From Raillietiella orientalis (lineage: Eukaryota): 64,000 bases of DNA. The notes under the pieces were generated by a model. The model was not told the DNA's origin, searched no databases, and saw nothing but the letters and a program-made list of their open reading frames with translations. Of the stretch, positions 1-12,630 are shown piece after piece (positions within the stretch are counted from its first letter, which is position 1; each line of letters begins with the position of its first letter). The position numbers and the translations under genes are program-made. The stretch spans positions 1,426,001-1,490,000 of the forward strand of contig JAYWIR010000025.1 in assembly GCA_036172245.1 (NCBI GenBank), given 5' to 3'.

Positions 1-3000
1 CAGGGTTGGACCTCAACTCGAAATCTATTCAAAGAGATCTTCACATCGGTAACAACCGAGAAAGGTGAACGCAGAACAAGGAGCGTGCCCACCGTTCCTT
101 GAGCACCGGAAAAAGCACAAAACACTGTTTTTCCTGGAAGTGTGGAATTATCTTAGCAGAACTGCCGCAGAGAGATAAACAGATATCCTCAGCATGAGGA
201 TTTTTTTTTTCTTTGGTAAGGGAATTCAATTTTCAGGTTGAGCTCTCGATATCTCCTGCAAGGAATTCTCTTCCTATACGATTCCTAAGAGCAGTGTCTG
301 GAACTCATCATGATGCTTTCTCTTGTTATCTTTTCGTGAATTAAAAGCTACTGACGTTTGCAAAGAGCATTATGCGTTCAGTTAATGCCTCAACAGCTCC
401 GGAAATATCTGAATACTTTTATGGACTCTTCAGCTGGGAGAAAGCTAAAAATTGGCATGATGGATGAATAGCTACTACATGATATTTGTGAGCGGTAACG
501 CTGCTATTTCTTTGATGTTGAGAGTGCTTTTTAACAGAAAGCATTCTAAATAAATTGAAGGTACATTTGATCAACGCCTGATAGATGCATTTTATTAAAC
601 GCTTCATAGAGAACAAAGATGGCCGATGAACATTTCCTGCCCAAGTCTACGATATGCTCCCTGGCCAAAGCAGAATGTCGGGATGTTGCTTTGAAGAATC
701 CATGCAATCGAATCCTCCGCTCTTTTAGTACTTACTGATTTTGGCAAAAGTATTTGGGATTCTGCGGAAAACAGAGTTCGGCCACATTTGCTTTTCCGTC
801 GAATATTTATGGAATCTCTGAGATCACACAGCGTTACCAGGCGTTTCTCTTTCTCTCTCTCCTTTTCAGCAGGATTGCACTTTTTTTTGCCTCGGTGCCA
901 AATACATGTGTTTCCTGGGGTGTTCGTTTTCGTCATTTCGAAGCGATGCGATTCCCGTGCGCGAACGCCTTCAGGCTCGTCTTGGCAAGAAGACTTCTTT
1001 CATGAAGTTGCGCGGAGGTCGGGTCACTTTTGCTAGAGTGCCTCCTGCTATCTCGAAATTGGGCGTCTTTTGTTTTGCTGCCTTTCGATCCCTCTGCTAA
1101 CTCTCCGGAAATGTTTCCAACAGTCGTGAACTCTCAGGTCGTGCATCATATAGCCTGAGCACATCAGCTTAACAGCTCCAAGCATTCGTAAACAAAGTCA
1201 TGAACTCTCAGGTCTTTCGTAGGAAGAATTTCTACGTTAAATGAATTATTAAGCGTTCAATCATTAACCTTTAATCACAACTCGATCACTTTTCCTATTT
1301 CTGCAAAGTTTCATGCCCAGTGGTATAGAGTGCGGCAACTCAAAGACCATCGATTTATGGAAGGGAAAAGTCAAGCAGCAAGGCAGAGCGATCGAATGGC
1401 AAAATCAAAGCACTTGATTTTGCCATCCAGATTCATTTATGCGCTTTGATAATAAGATTCAGGAAATCAGCCAGACTGACTTTTCCGTCTTTTCCGCAAA
1501 ACGCAACCCGATAGCTTGACGAATTTCATCACCATCCATTTACGGAGAATCGGGCAAACAGCTGAATAGGCCATAAAAGGCTAATTTTTAAAAAGTCATG
1601 AGAATTCCCACTAAAGATTTGCATAACATTTAGAAGATGGTTTTAATTTGGAGCACTCGGGGTCATTTAGAAAAAAAACTTTGCTCTAACCAACGGATCT
1701 TTAAACCGGCTTCAGAATTTGTCCTTAGCTACCCTGCAGTAAGTTCCGATAGTGAGGTGAATATATTCATCTCTCCAGTGGAAAGAACACAGAAGTGATC
1801 CTCCAAAATGATGTGGTAGGATCAAATTTTCCGATATCTCCAATTTGATCAACTATTTATGACTGTATATTACGTCGTGGCTGTATCTGTACGTACATGG
1901 TACGTGCAAGTTCTTCGAAAGTTTCTAAATTCAAGTAGCATTACTGGAGAAACGCAAAGCGAATCGCGTGCTTCGCTTATTTCGTTGGGAGCTGCGTTCT
2001 TGCTGGACCACAGCTTCCCGGTGGTTGCATTTCCCTCCTGCCAAGGTATACGGGCTCACAGAACCGATGTCAGCCGGCTGCATTTCAAAGCACGTTGGAA
2101 ACCGTAGAATGCTTCGGTGCATTGAGAGTACGACGGAAAGCTCCTGTAGACAGAATGACTTCTCTCCACGGACGGATTCTGAGCTCAATTTTTGCTTCAC
2201 TAAGCGTTATCCCGGTGAGAGCGCCGTTTGCGAAGTGCTTCAGAAAAGGCGTTTCCAGATGATGACGACAGATGCAAGCAAGCGCTTCCGTCGACGATAT
2301 CCACGCTTTGGGGAGATTTTTCTACTTTGGCCGATGCAACGGCGCACTTGGCTGTGGAAAGCACAACGCGGTTAAATGTAATTCTGCTCAGTTTTTGATG
2401 TTGTCGATCCGCAAAGCGGACGGCAATTTAAAGATCTCAGCAGTATCGGAAAGCAAACCGACTCCATCCCCAATGGCAAAGAGTGCCTCACCATCACGAT
2501 GTTTGTTCTCCCAAACTGCTATCTTTCATTCACGTACTGACAAAATGGAGGATGGTCAAAACCCAATCCATCAAGACTTAAGCGCAAGCCCAAAATGAGA
2601 AACATCACTGATCGCACAGATGAAGAGTACTTTTGATTCTCGTTGATGTTTGACAAATCTGACCGTCACACACGTGTAGAAATTCACAGCTCCCAAATCC
2701 TGCCAACTAGGTTAACCGAGCTCAAAAGAGGTCAAATGCCTAGAGGATACACCGCGAACGTTTCCATTTAACTAACAGATAAATGTCGCTATGATGGAAC
2801 AACACGGATTGTGGTAGCCGGGGCGCAACTGGTCATCAAACTCTAGAGAGCGAGCTGCTGAGGTGGGAGAACTGGAGTCTGTGGTAGAAGCGATGGAAAG
2901 AACGAAACAGGAATCTCACATGTGACAAAGAACAATCTTGTATACCAAGTACGTGACCACCCAAAAGAAAAAATGCTCCGAGACATGCTCAAATTGGTTA

Positions 3001-6000
3001 AATGCACTTGGGAGTTAATTTGATCAATGAGCATCATCGCACAGAGGTACAGCAGAGCCCAGGCCAGGGCAGACCACGGCAACATATCACTTTCCCCAGA
3101 CGCAAGCTGCACTCATCTTTGCCGGTGAACTGAACAACTCTTACAGCTGGAACGAATGTGCCTCTGAATGGTGGGCAAAACTTCCGAAGAACTCACTCTT
3201 GGCTTGACCACGAGCTGAAAGGTAAAAATGTTACCTGCTTTCCCGAAGCAGCAGAAAAACTGGACGTGCTGGAGTCAGTTCTGAGACCCCCTCCAAAGTT
3301 TCGCATGCCTGGGATTAGGGCACAAACCGAATGTGATTACGAGAACGCTTCCTCACCCACCATGGTCACCCAGACACGGGAAGTCATGGCGCGGGAGAGA
3401 ATCCTGGGAAAAATGCGGGAGGAATTCTGTGCTCGGAGCACGACTTGCCGGACAAAAATCTCCCGCGCCCTGAGCGGAGCCCAAATCCTACCTCTTACAG
3501 CTGACCTAGAAAGCGTTCCCAGAACCTGAGGGTAATGGCTTCATGAATCTTCGAGAGACGCGGGGTCTCTCGCTCCCTTGGTCCGCCTTCGTTTCATTCC
3601 GAGTACTTATCTTCGGTGCCAAGCTGCGCGATCACTCCAGCCGATTTCCTTTTGCTTGCTGTCGGTGCTGTTGATGTTGGTGAATTCATTGATGCCCTGC
3701 CTCCTCTACGATGCACTGAGGAGCAGCATTGTTCTCATTGAGATGTTTTCACTCCGCCCTTTCCTTGCCCTGGGATTCATGGAAACCCATTCTGCTTTAT
3801 GTTTTCTTTCCCCGAGACAGCTCCCCGTTGGTTTCCGTTTAGCCCGTCCAGGGCGGTCGTTCCCACCAAATGGCCCGCTCGGAAAAATCGTCATCGCGGC
3901 TCGGCAGAAGCAGAGCAAAACACCCTTGACGCTCTTCGGCTTCAGCTGCAGTGTTACCACCGCGTCCGGCAAGTGTCGCTCCAATTCCGTCTGGTCGCGC
4001 GCGGCCACTCTTCGAGGCTGCGTGTATCCAACCGGCCTTTTTTGCGCTGCCAGATGCAGAAGATCGCACAGATCGGGCCGAACTGAAACGACGTTTTGAA
4101 ACATCGACTAGCCGCACGCACACACACGGAAGAAGGAAAAAAAGAAGGCAGAAGAAACTCCGCATGCCGGGTCCGCCAAGACTGCTCCAGTGCCAAAAAA
4201 AAAAAAGATTTCCCACTAATCAGAAGGCCATTTTTCTAGTCAACGTCTTCGCTCTGCGCCTACTCTGGAAGGTGCTGCGTCCACGGCACACTCAGTCTAG
4301 GTGCCACCATTTTGAAATGTATTTCAATTGTGTCGGAAAACCTGCATGACCAGATCATTACTAATCCAATGACGTATGGATTGCAGCTAATGGCCTTATC
4401 ATTTGATCGAAGAGTGATTTTTTCCTAGATGTAAATAAGTGGGAAATCGGGAAAAATGGCGAGTGAAGTGCAAAATCCAGCTGATGATTTATAGCTCTGA
4501 AGTAACTTCTCTCTTGAGGGCGCACTCGCGGGGTCTGTGAAACCATTAGCCTCATTTTTTGCTTTGCTTACTAAATTTGAAATACAGAGCTCACATCTCC
4601 CTGCTTTGCTCGCGTGGTCCTCTAAGATATCTTGTGTGCCTGAGTAGAAGTCTTGCTTCCGTTGGGACCATGGGCCATATCGCAAATGATGATCCCTGAC
4701 CGCCTCTGCATTGGAACATGCGAAAATTGAGGGATTGAGCGTATCCAAGGAACAAGGGAAAATGATGCTCGTGAAATGCTCGGGAGATTTCTTGATCCTC
4801 GACTCTCGAAAAAATCTACTAAAAATCCACTAGCAAAAGGAAAGACTAATGAAGGACATGTGCCGTGCCACTTGTCTTTCGAGCCGCAGGAGTTTGCTAG
4901 ATGCTACTGCTAAAGCTCCCGAGCACTGTCAGAAGAAATCTTCTTTAAGATGGAAGATGCGGGTCCAGTGCCTTGCATTCGAGTCGCATTGGTTTCTTTG
5001 AAAACATTTTGACATCCCATGTACGTCATTATCATCGGTAGACAAATGTTTCCTGCCTGATGCGCGTATGACAATCATTTTTACCATGGTTACGGCTCCC
5101 CAATCCACCCAGCCGCAAAACCAGCGCATCCGTCGCATAAACCAGCATCCCTTGAAAATTCCCAAGTTGCCATAACAGATGGCATGACATGTAAGTTCAC
5201 ATCACTGATTTCCACTTCGTGCACGAAACTGATCGATGCAAAGTCTTCGTAAATCTGAAAGGCACCTAGCGTCATCTCACGAACCAAGCAACTCATACGG
5301 GAGAAGTTTAGGAGTCTGCATTTAGCTCATAAGCAAATGCTTATTTACTAAGTCGAGAAATCTGTCGAAGAAGGCCATCGCATTCTACAACTCGCTGTTA
5401 TTGTTTACAAGGACAGACTCGTATCCTCACAGGCCGCATAGCTGTCCTTTTCATCGAAGTACGTTCATGGAGCTTCCTATGCCGGCAAAATAAACAAACC
5501 ACCAAAACAACAGAAAACAAAATACTTGGAAAATTCTAATGCAAGTCACTCCGGCAATCCCATGATTATCTAAACCAGTGAGCTTTTACCTTTGATGGAA
5601 AGGCGGGTAAAACGAAATCCATCCTCACACTGCTCTGCAGCTGAAATGGGGGTGCGACGTAGTACACAGGGGCTTGAACTCGTACGAAGCCCGAGCTTCG
5701 CATACCACCCTCTGAGCAAACTCTTGCCATGTGTTCATCTACTTCTCCACCTGCCCTTTGACCCAGTTTACGCTTTCGTGTCGATCGAGTGTAAGACACA
5801 CAATTCGGTTCTGAGCTGCCGGAAGAGCTTGCATCTTATGATCCTCCATACGGACCGTTTTCTGTATTGTGGGTTTGAAGGTTCCTCTGTCATGACCAAT
5901 CCTGTAGCATTCGTAAAGCCCCAAGGCAGTCTTGCGTTTGCTTTTTGTGAATTATAAGTGATTCGCTTGCTTTGCCGTCGACAGTCTTTTTTTCTAGCAC

Positions 6001-9000
6001 AATTTTCCATCGCTGCTTTAATCAGTAGGCAGCTCAATTGGTGGTACTTTTTAATTGACCAAATGTGAACAGAGGATTGCTTTGTGTGCGACTAATCGTT
6101 TGAGTGAAAGAAACCGAATTGAGCCGTGGAAGCATTCTTTCTCTCTCATGGTGAAATCCAAAATTAATATATATACCTCTTCATCAGAAACGCAGGCAAC
6201 ATAATCACTACTTACAAGATCGAAATGCTACCATCTTTTCTACTATAAGAAAGGAAAGAATGATTCTCAAGTTTAAGTCAGTTTCCTTGAAAACACAGGC
6301 TTAGCACGGTGGACGAAGACGTGAAAAACAAAAAAAGTCGAACGTGTCTGCATAGATGAAAGGCAAACCGTGTTTGCTACACCTTTAGCACCATTTGCAA
6401 CATACGTGCACACAGAGCCCGGTGCTTTATAGAGCTGTTTTGCACGCACACCTAAAGGATGGCCTTTTTCCTACCAGATGATGCGAAAACAGCACAACGA
6501 GCTGTATGCTTGATTTCTGTATAAGGACGTTCTGAAAAGTGTTGGCATAACAGAGTCGAAGAGATGCTTTGACCTGCACAGTGTCAGTGATAGGTCAAGC
6601 CGCTTCTCAAATGAAGGCACAAGGATGGAACGACCTCTGACATCGAGAATAGAAAACAGTATTGAAGTTGTAGACGCCATATTCGAGAACAGCAGACAAC
6701 TTGTCCTTGCGGAAACTGCCTCATAGTCTGTTATCGCCCAGCAAATTTCGATCATTCACTGTGATCCTGGACGCAGCGGACTTTCTAAGGGATGGTTGCA
6801 AAAAAACCTGAAGACTGAAACGAAAATGTGCTTGCTCGGAATATTTCCATCTATACGGACAAGAGAAGGGGCATAATCGCTGGTGGTGAGACTCGGATTC
6901 ACCATTTCAAGGTGAAAAGGAAAAAACTGATGGAATGGAAGCTATTAGCAACTACCAAACGTTCCAAGATTCAAGACTGGGCCAACTACTGGTAGACCGG
7001 AATCCTTTGAGGTTCCAGGTGGGCCCGTTCTAACTCATATTCATTAAAAGAAGAAGCCATGACCAGTACTGTACAATGCCAAATGTTGCATGAAAAGCTG
7101 AAGCTCGTTACCCCACTTTTCGATCTAAAAGACAAGACAAGCTCCCTAAATGTCAAGTTCACCTGCATAGCAATGTCCGTATTCATCCTTCGAGATGCAG
7201 AGCCCAGGCTCTGGAACGAACATTGTGGAGCATCTAAAGGTATGGGACTGGTGTGTCCTCACGAGTCTAATTTCGGTTTGGACTAATAGACTGAAAGTTT
7301 AAGGAAATTCCTTTCCAATGGCAAAGCAACGAAAAGCATGGTGCAATCCTTTTTGTTGTACATTTCTTTATACATGAGTACAGATGTTTGGGAGATGGAC
7401 CAAGAGTATCCAGGAGGGAGATGATTTTTCTCAGGGAAGGCAAAAAAATTGCTTACATTCCATTCTTTGAGACGAAAACACGGAGCTTGTATCCACTTTT
7501 TGGTTTGCCTTTGGGGTTTTGTCTTCTGAAAGCATTCCTTCACGAAGAAACTCTCCAACACTACATAGAGAATTCAATTTTCACTGTACAGCACTAAATA
7601 TTCGGTTACAAAATTTAGAAAATAAGCAAGAAAAATTAGTGTGAGAAGCATTCGCTTTTAATTTTCACGCCGATTCTGTATGCATGGGCTGAAATTTGTA
7701 TTTACGTAAACCTATATTGACACGCAAATGACCCTTGGTAGCCATATTGAAGAAAGGAAAAGTATTCTTCATGTTTTCCATACATTGTCAGATTTTACAT
7801 GTGGTTCCCTTTTGCTCTATATACCTAGTAGAATCAATGGATGTAAAGCCTTTGAATCCCATGATTCCTCTGAATTAACCGTCAGAATAGATGCCATTCG
7901 ATCATTTGGTGATGCATCGGTTGGACTGGGAGTTTGCCCTTATCGATTTAAATGGGCGTAGGTAAGTCCTCCTGATGACTTTGACTTCTCCGGTCACTGT
8001 GCGATGATGTTCCTTTGTCCTGAGTTCTGTCATGGCCTTTTCTAAACCTATCCTCCTGATCCCTGTTGATGAAATTCACCCAAAAGACACTAGAATGCTC
8101 CATTTTCTTCTATGATTGCTCTACCTTTTTAGCCTCAGCTTTTTTTCTTTTTTCTCTCCGAGGATTGAAATAGTCCAGCGAATTTTTCCTTTCAGCCCTT
8201 AACGCAGATATCGCATGGCAGCCCCGAATGCAGCGAGCTGATGTAAAAATGAGACATTTCTAGTGGGAATCAGCAAGTTTCAGAATACTTCATTATTTAG
8301 CAAACCCATCGTTCGTTAATATCGAATGTCGAAAACTTGAGGGCTGCATATCCACGTTCAGAATAGCTACCTCGTTCGAATCAAAGCTAAAGTATGCTAA
8401 ACATCGAAAGTCAAGAACAGCTTCCTCATCCGAAGAATCCAAAGCTGCGGAATTCACCACCGACGATCCCTGGGATGCAGAAAATTCAATTTTTGAACCT
8501 CTTCTCATCTGGAGCAAGTCATTCCCCGCAAATTCATCTTTCAGGCATCCGCTCCGAACGCTTGCGAGCCTTACAGAAATGTTCCTGATGGTCCCCATGT
8601 CTTCCGCCTTATTATTTTGAAATTCGGATGAGTTCCTTTAAAGGCGGCTAACTGAAATCTTAGAGCTGTTGCGAACATGGCATGCAGCCATTTTTATGCC
8701 ATTCAATTTGCATACGAGCGGGAGTCACCCTTGCATGCAAAATTAGGTTTTCCCGAGTTGCATTCCAAATTCCTTGCCTGCAAGTTTTATGGCGTTGATC
8801 AGCAGCCCGGTTCTCAGGCGCAGGCACAGAAATTCGGCACCGGCTAGGTGTGTTTCGAAACCCATAAGTTTCGCGAGCAGGAGACGGGAATCTGCGGGAA
8901 CAGAGTGACAGCGGAACAGCGAAGGTGGAGGAAACCTACCATCCCCACCCACCCCCGCTGGATGAAATCTTACAGCTCCATATCTGTACTTCATAAACAA

Positions 9001-12000
9001 CAGCGCACCGGCGAACGGACGAAGTGACTTTTACTCGAGCTGGAAGCACCCGGCGGAAGAAAGTTTTCATGCAGCTTCCTTTTTCACAATGGTGCAGATG
9101 TCCGAAGAAGACATTTTCATCCTTCAGGTCCTCCGGCTTTTTTCAGGGGATTCACTCCACCTACTGTTTCCCCTTTGTACTTCTGTGGTGTTCTGGAGCT
9201 TTCATCAGAGCTTCCTTTTTCTGTTCTTCTATTTCAAGGCTTCTTCCTAACCTTGGAGTGAGCAACGCAAGAAGAAAAAAAAAAAAACCGAGATAATTTA
9301 GCAGCGAAAGAAACATCATTTCAGCCGGATGAGGAGGTGATGCAAATGCAGAAAGTAGAAAGGGGTGCAGAACCAGGCACAAAGTCGATATTTCCTTTCA
9401 GAAGATCATTTTGTATTCCCGTGTTCTGTGCTCTCACTTTCATGTGTCCTTTTCCTTGGTAATGAAGATCAGCTTTCAAAAAACATGAAATGCCAAGATG
9501 GAAGGGATCGATTTACCACGCGATTACGACTGTGCCTTCTGCGAGCCGAGCTCAAATTATAAACGATCAGAGCGTTTTCCATCAGAGAAACTTTTTTATG
9601 GATTCGTGCCTGGCAAGTCAGCGTTTTAGAGAGGGAAATGGCTATCATGTAAATGAATAGTGAAACTGCGGGTACACGATGATGTACGTTTTTTTTTTTT
9701 GTGTGCCCATTTTACATAAAAGGGGGGCCAAATCGTCGAACGCGCTGACACGGTGCGTCGACGATCTGGCTGTTTGCACTCCCGGCGGATCCCGGTGAAG
9801 ATTCATTCCTTTCTGGACGTCGGTAACCATTCCTTCCTCTCTGCGAGTGCAAGTGCCGTGCCACCAACGTGTGTCCTTAGTGATTTCGCACAAAGCCTTA
9901 GGTGCTCCGGGAATTCCGCAAGACTGGTATCATTTCACAGAGGAACGACACCAATTAAAAGCTACAGCGATCCAAACATTGTGAAAACGGACACCTTAAC
10001 TACAGTTCCAGACCGTCCCTCCCCATTTCCACCCCTAATAATTGAGGCGGAGAGCATTACCTTCTCCTGCAGCCAAACTGGAAATTCACCCTCGAAAACG
10101 CACATTTGCTAAACGCTCGTACACCCGTGAGTTCATCATACTGCCCTTCCAGAGTACAGCGGCGAGTTGTTTCCTGAGGAATGGACGGAGCCAGAAAAAA
10201 TCTTCTTCCAGCCTCTTTGGGACGGGAGGAGGCATGTTCCTGCGCGAAACTGCCTGCGTCTGGACCTCGAGATGACTTACGGGAACGAAACTTCGAAACT
10301 ATGTCACATCCGAGAACTCCTAAAGTATTTCGCCGGTCACGCTTCTAATTGCCAAATTACGTCACGTTTTCTACAGCTATCATTTCTATTGAAATTAGCC
10401 CAGTTGCGACGAAGAGCATAATTAGATCCGCCATCGGAGAAAGGATTTATTTAATCTTCAAGGACAGAATCACTTTTTTTTTTTTTTTTTTGCTTTTCTC
10501 TCCCGAAACTCGAGAGGATTTCGCTTTTGTCTTCTCACCGTTGGGGATTCGTAGGCGGGCAGAAAGCACACCCTGGTCGATCCGTGAAAGCAGCACTTGC
10601 TAGGAGAAGGGTCGAGAGACTTGGAGATGTGCAGGGATCCATGCACGCTCGAAAAAAAAAAAAAAAAATGAAAATAAAAAGGATTTGCTGAAGGCACTAG
10701 CCATAACGGCAAGCAAACACTTCCCTTATGTTCTCTCAAATAATCTTCAACACCTCTTAAACGCCTTTATGCTACTTGGAAAAATATCGGTCCTCCGCTT
10801 CTGAGCCCAGCGTGCTCCAATTTGGAAGACATTTCGTTTTCCTTCGGTTCCGAGAAAAACAGTAATTTTCTTCTTGACATTACCACTCCTGAGATCTCCT
10901 AATGTCTCCCGATTCCTAGATCGATCGCTTCGAAATTGTCTTAGAACGACGTAGGTTTAGATTAATGATTGCTAAATCATACATATTCGAAATCATCTGC
11001 GGATGCTTTGGAATGTATGATTGAGGTAATGGCATAAAGTGGTATCGGGAATTTAATTTTAGCGGCCGAGGCTCAAGCATCTCTCACTTGCGAATTCCCG
11101 TCAGCAGCCCGCTAGTGTATCTGAATAGTCAAGTGAACTGGAGGTTTCTAATGTTGAACACTGGATTCGGAAGCACCGAAGCCTCCGAGGAGAGAGCAGA
11201 AGATGCCCTGGCCACTAATTGCGCAAGTAGGCAAGGCGGAAACCAAAACTCTCCGAGTGTTGGGTACCCCACCGAGCAAGGATTCCCAGTTTCTGAGAAC
11301 CTATTTGGCATACCTGGGGTGAAAGCGCCCAATCTTATCGCAGAATTATGCATTGCTGCTCGCGCCTTCTAGAAAAGTGCACAAGTTCCGGAGTCCGTCC
11401 AGAGAGGCGTGCACAGAAAGGAGGATGAGGGGGAAGCCACAGAATTCAAGGTGGCTAAGACCAGGTGGAGGTGGGATGCCAGCTTCTTTTTCGAATTGTT
11501 TCACCGCCACGTCACCGGAATTCCTCGAAGATTGCCGTTCTCGGTGCCTATATCGGAAAGGTACTCACCAGAGGCGGTTCCAAACTTAAACCATCTTTCT
11601 CTCATTGCTTCGCCTTGGATAAAGTGGGAGGAATCCTTTTTTGGACCCTGGTGACACTCCGATTACATGCTGACAAAAGGATTCCAGGAATTCAAAATGT
11701 TATGCCCATGGGGTGGGGAAACTGGTATCCTTCGTGCAGTGGACCAAATAGGACTTTCACATTTTTTCTCGAGTAAGTTTTCGCATTGTGACTCACTTCG
11801 ATTTGCGAACTTCCATAAATAATTTCTCCAGAAGTTATCTTCCATGAGTCGAAGCAAATGGCAGGCAGCAAAAGAATGTGAGAGATGAATATTTATGCAA
11901 AGCAACCATAAAACTCAGATCAGAGGCACCGCAGCTTCGCAAAGGTTCTCAGAACGCTCAGAGTTTCACGTAGTGATGGGAACATTTCTGATCCTCCTTG

Positions 12001-12616
12001 GCTGTGACACGTGGATTCGTCGCCCATCGCCCAAACAGTTGCAAGAAGCAGAAGCTGGAAGTCAGGGAAGAACTTTCGGGAAGGAGCTCATAAGCTGATC
12101 TGATCAGCCTACGCGCGCTCATTTTTATCTTCCGTGGGGATTCAACACTACTTCTCATGCAGCTGTTTCTTAGACACGAACAGGAGAAACGGCAGTTTTG
12201 ACAGTTCGTTAGAGGGTGTGGAGTTTCTCTGGAAAACGTTGGAATTTCGAGAGGTGTCCTTTAATTCCAAATCTTTGGACTCTGGTTCTGTACATCCATT
12301 CGTTAAATCTAGACACCTTCGGTGGCTGTTTCACCTAATGAACGGTTAGTGGCAGTTTTCTGGGCAATGATCCTTTTAATTACTACACTTTTGATCTTCT
12401 TTGAGTCTCCAGTGTAGGCTCTTTGCAGAAAACTCTTGTTCAAGAGTTCGCCCTTCTCAGTTGGGAGAGCCCTTTCCTGGCTGCTGATCCTTCTGTTTTA
12501 ATTCTCTGAGCTGACCGTTTGGTCCCCGCATTCTATCTGCACTACTCCTGACCACCATCAGTCATTCTCCAATACACTCGTGAGCGGGGGAGCTGTTCTG
12601 ATTTGGGGTTCCATCC

Positions 12617-12630
12617 GTTGCCTAGGTAAC
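12617..12630. promoter_or_regulatory. Candidate RFX X-box motif
   Basis: GTTGCCTAGGTAAC fits the X-box consensus GTNRCC-N(0-3)-RGYAAC. No associated gene was identified, so function is unproven. Confidence 0.3.

Noticed and set aside
2700..3540. Possible hAT transposase relic (RYDGTT; QILPLTADLESVPRT loosely like the dimerisation motif)
   Set aside because: The matches are too short and degenerate, and there are no TIRs. It cannot be supported without a profile search.
5655..5735. B-box-like GAGTTCAAGCCC on the minus strand (tRNA or SINE head)
   Set aside because: No cloverleaf and no convincing A box.
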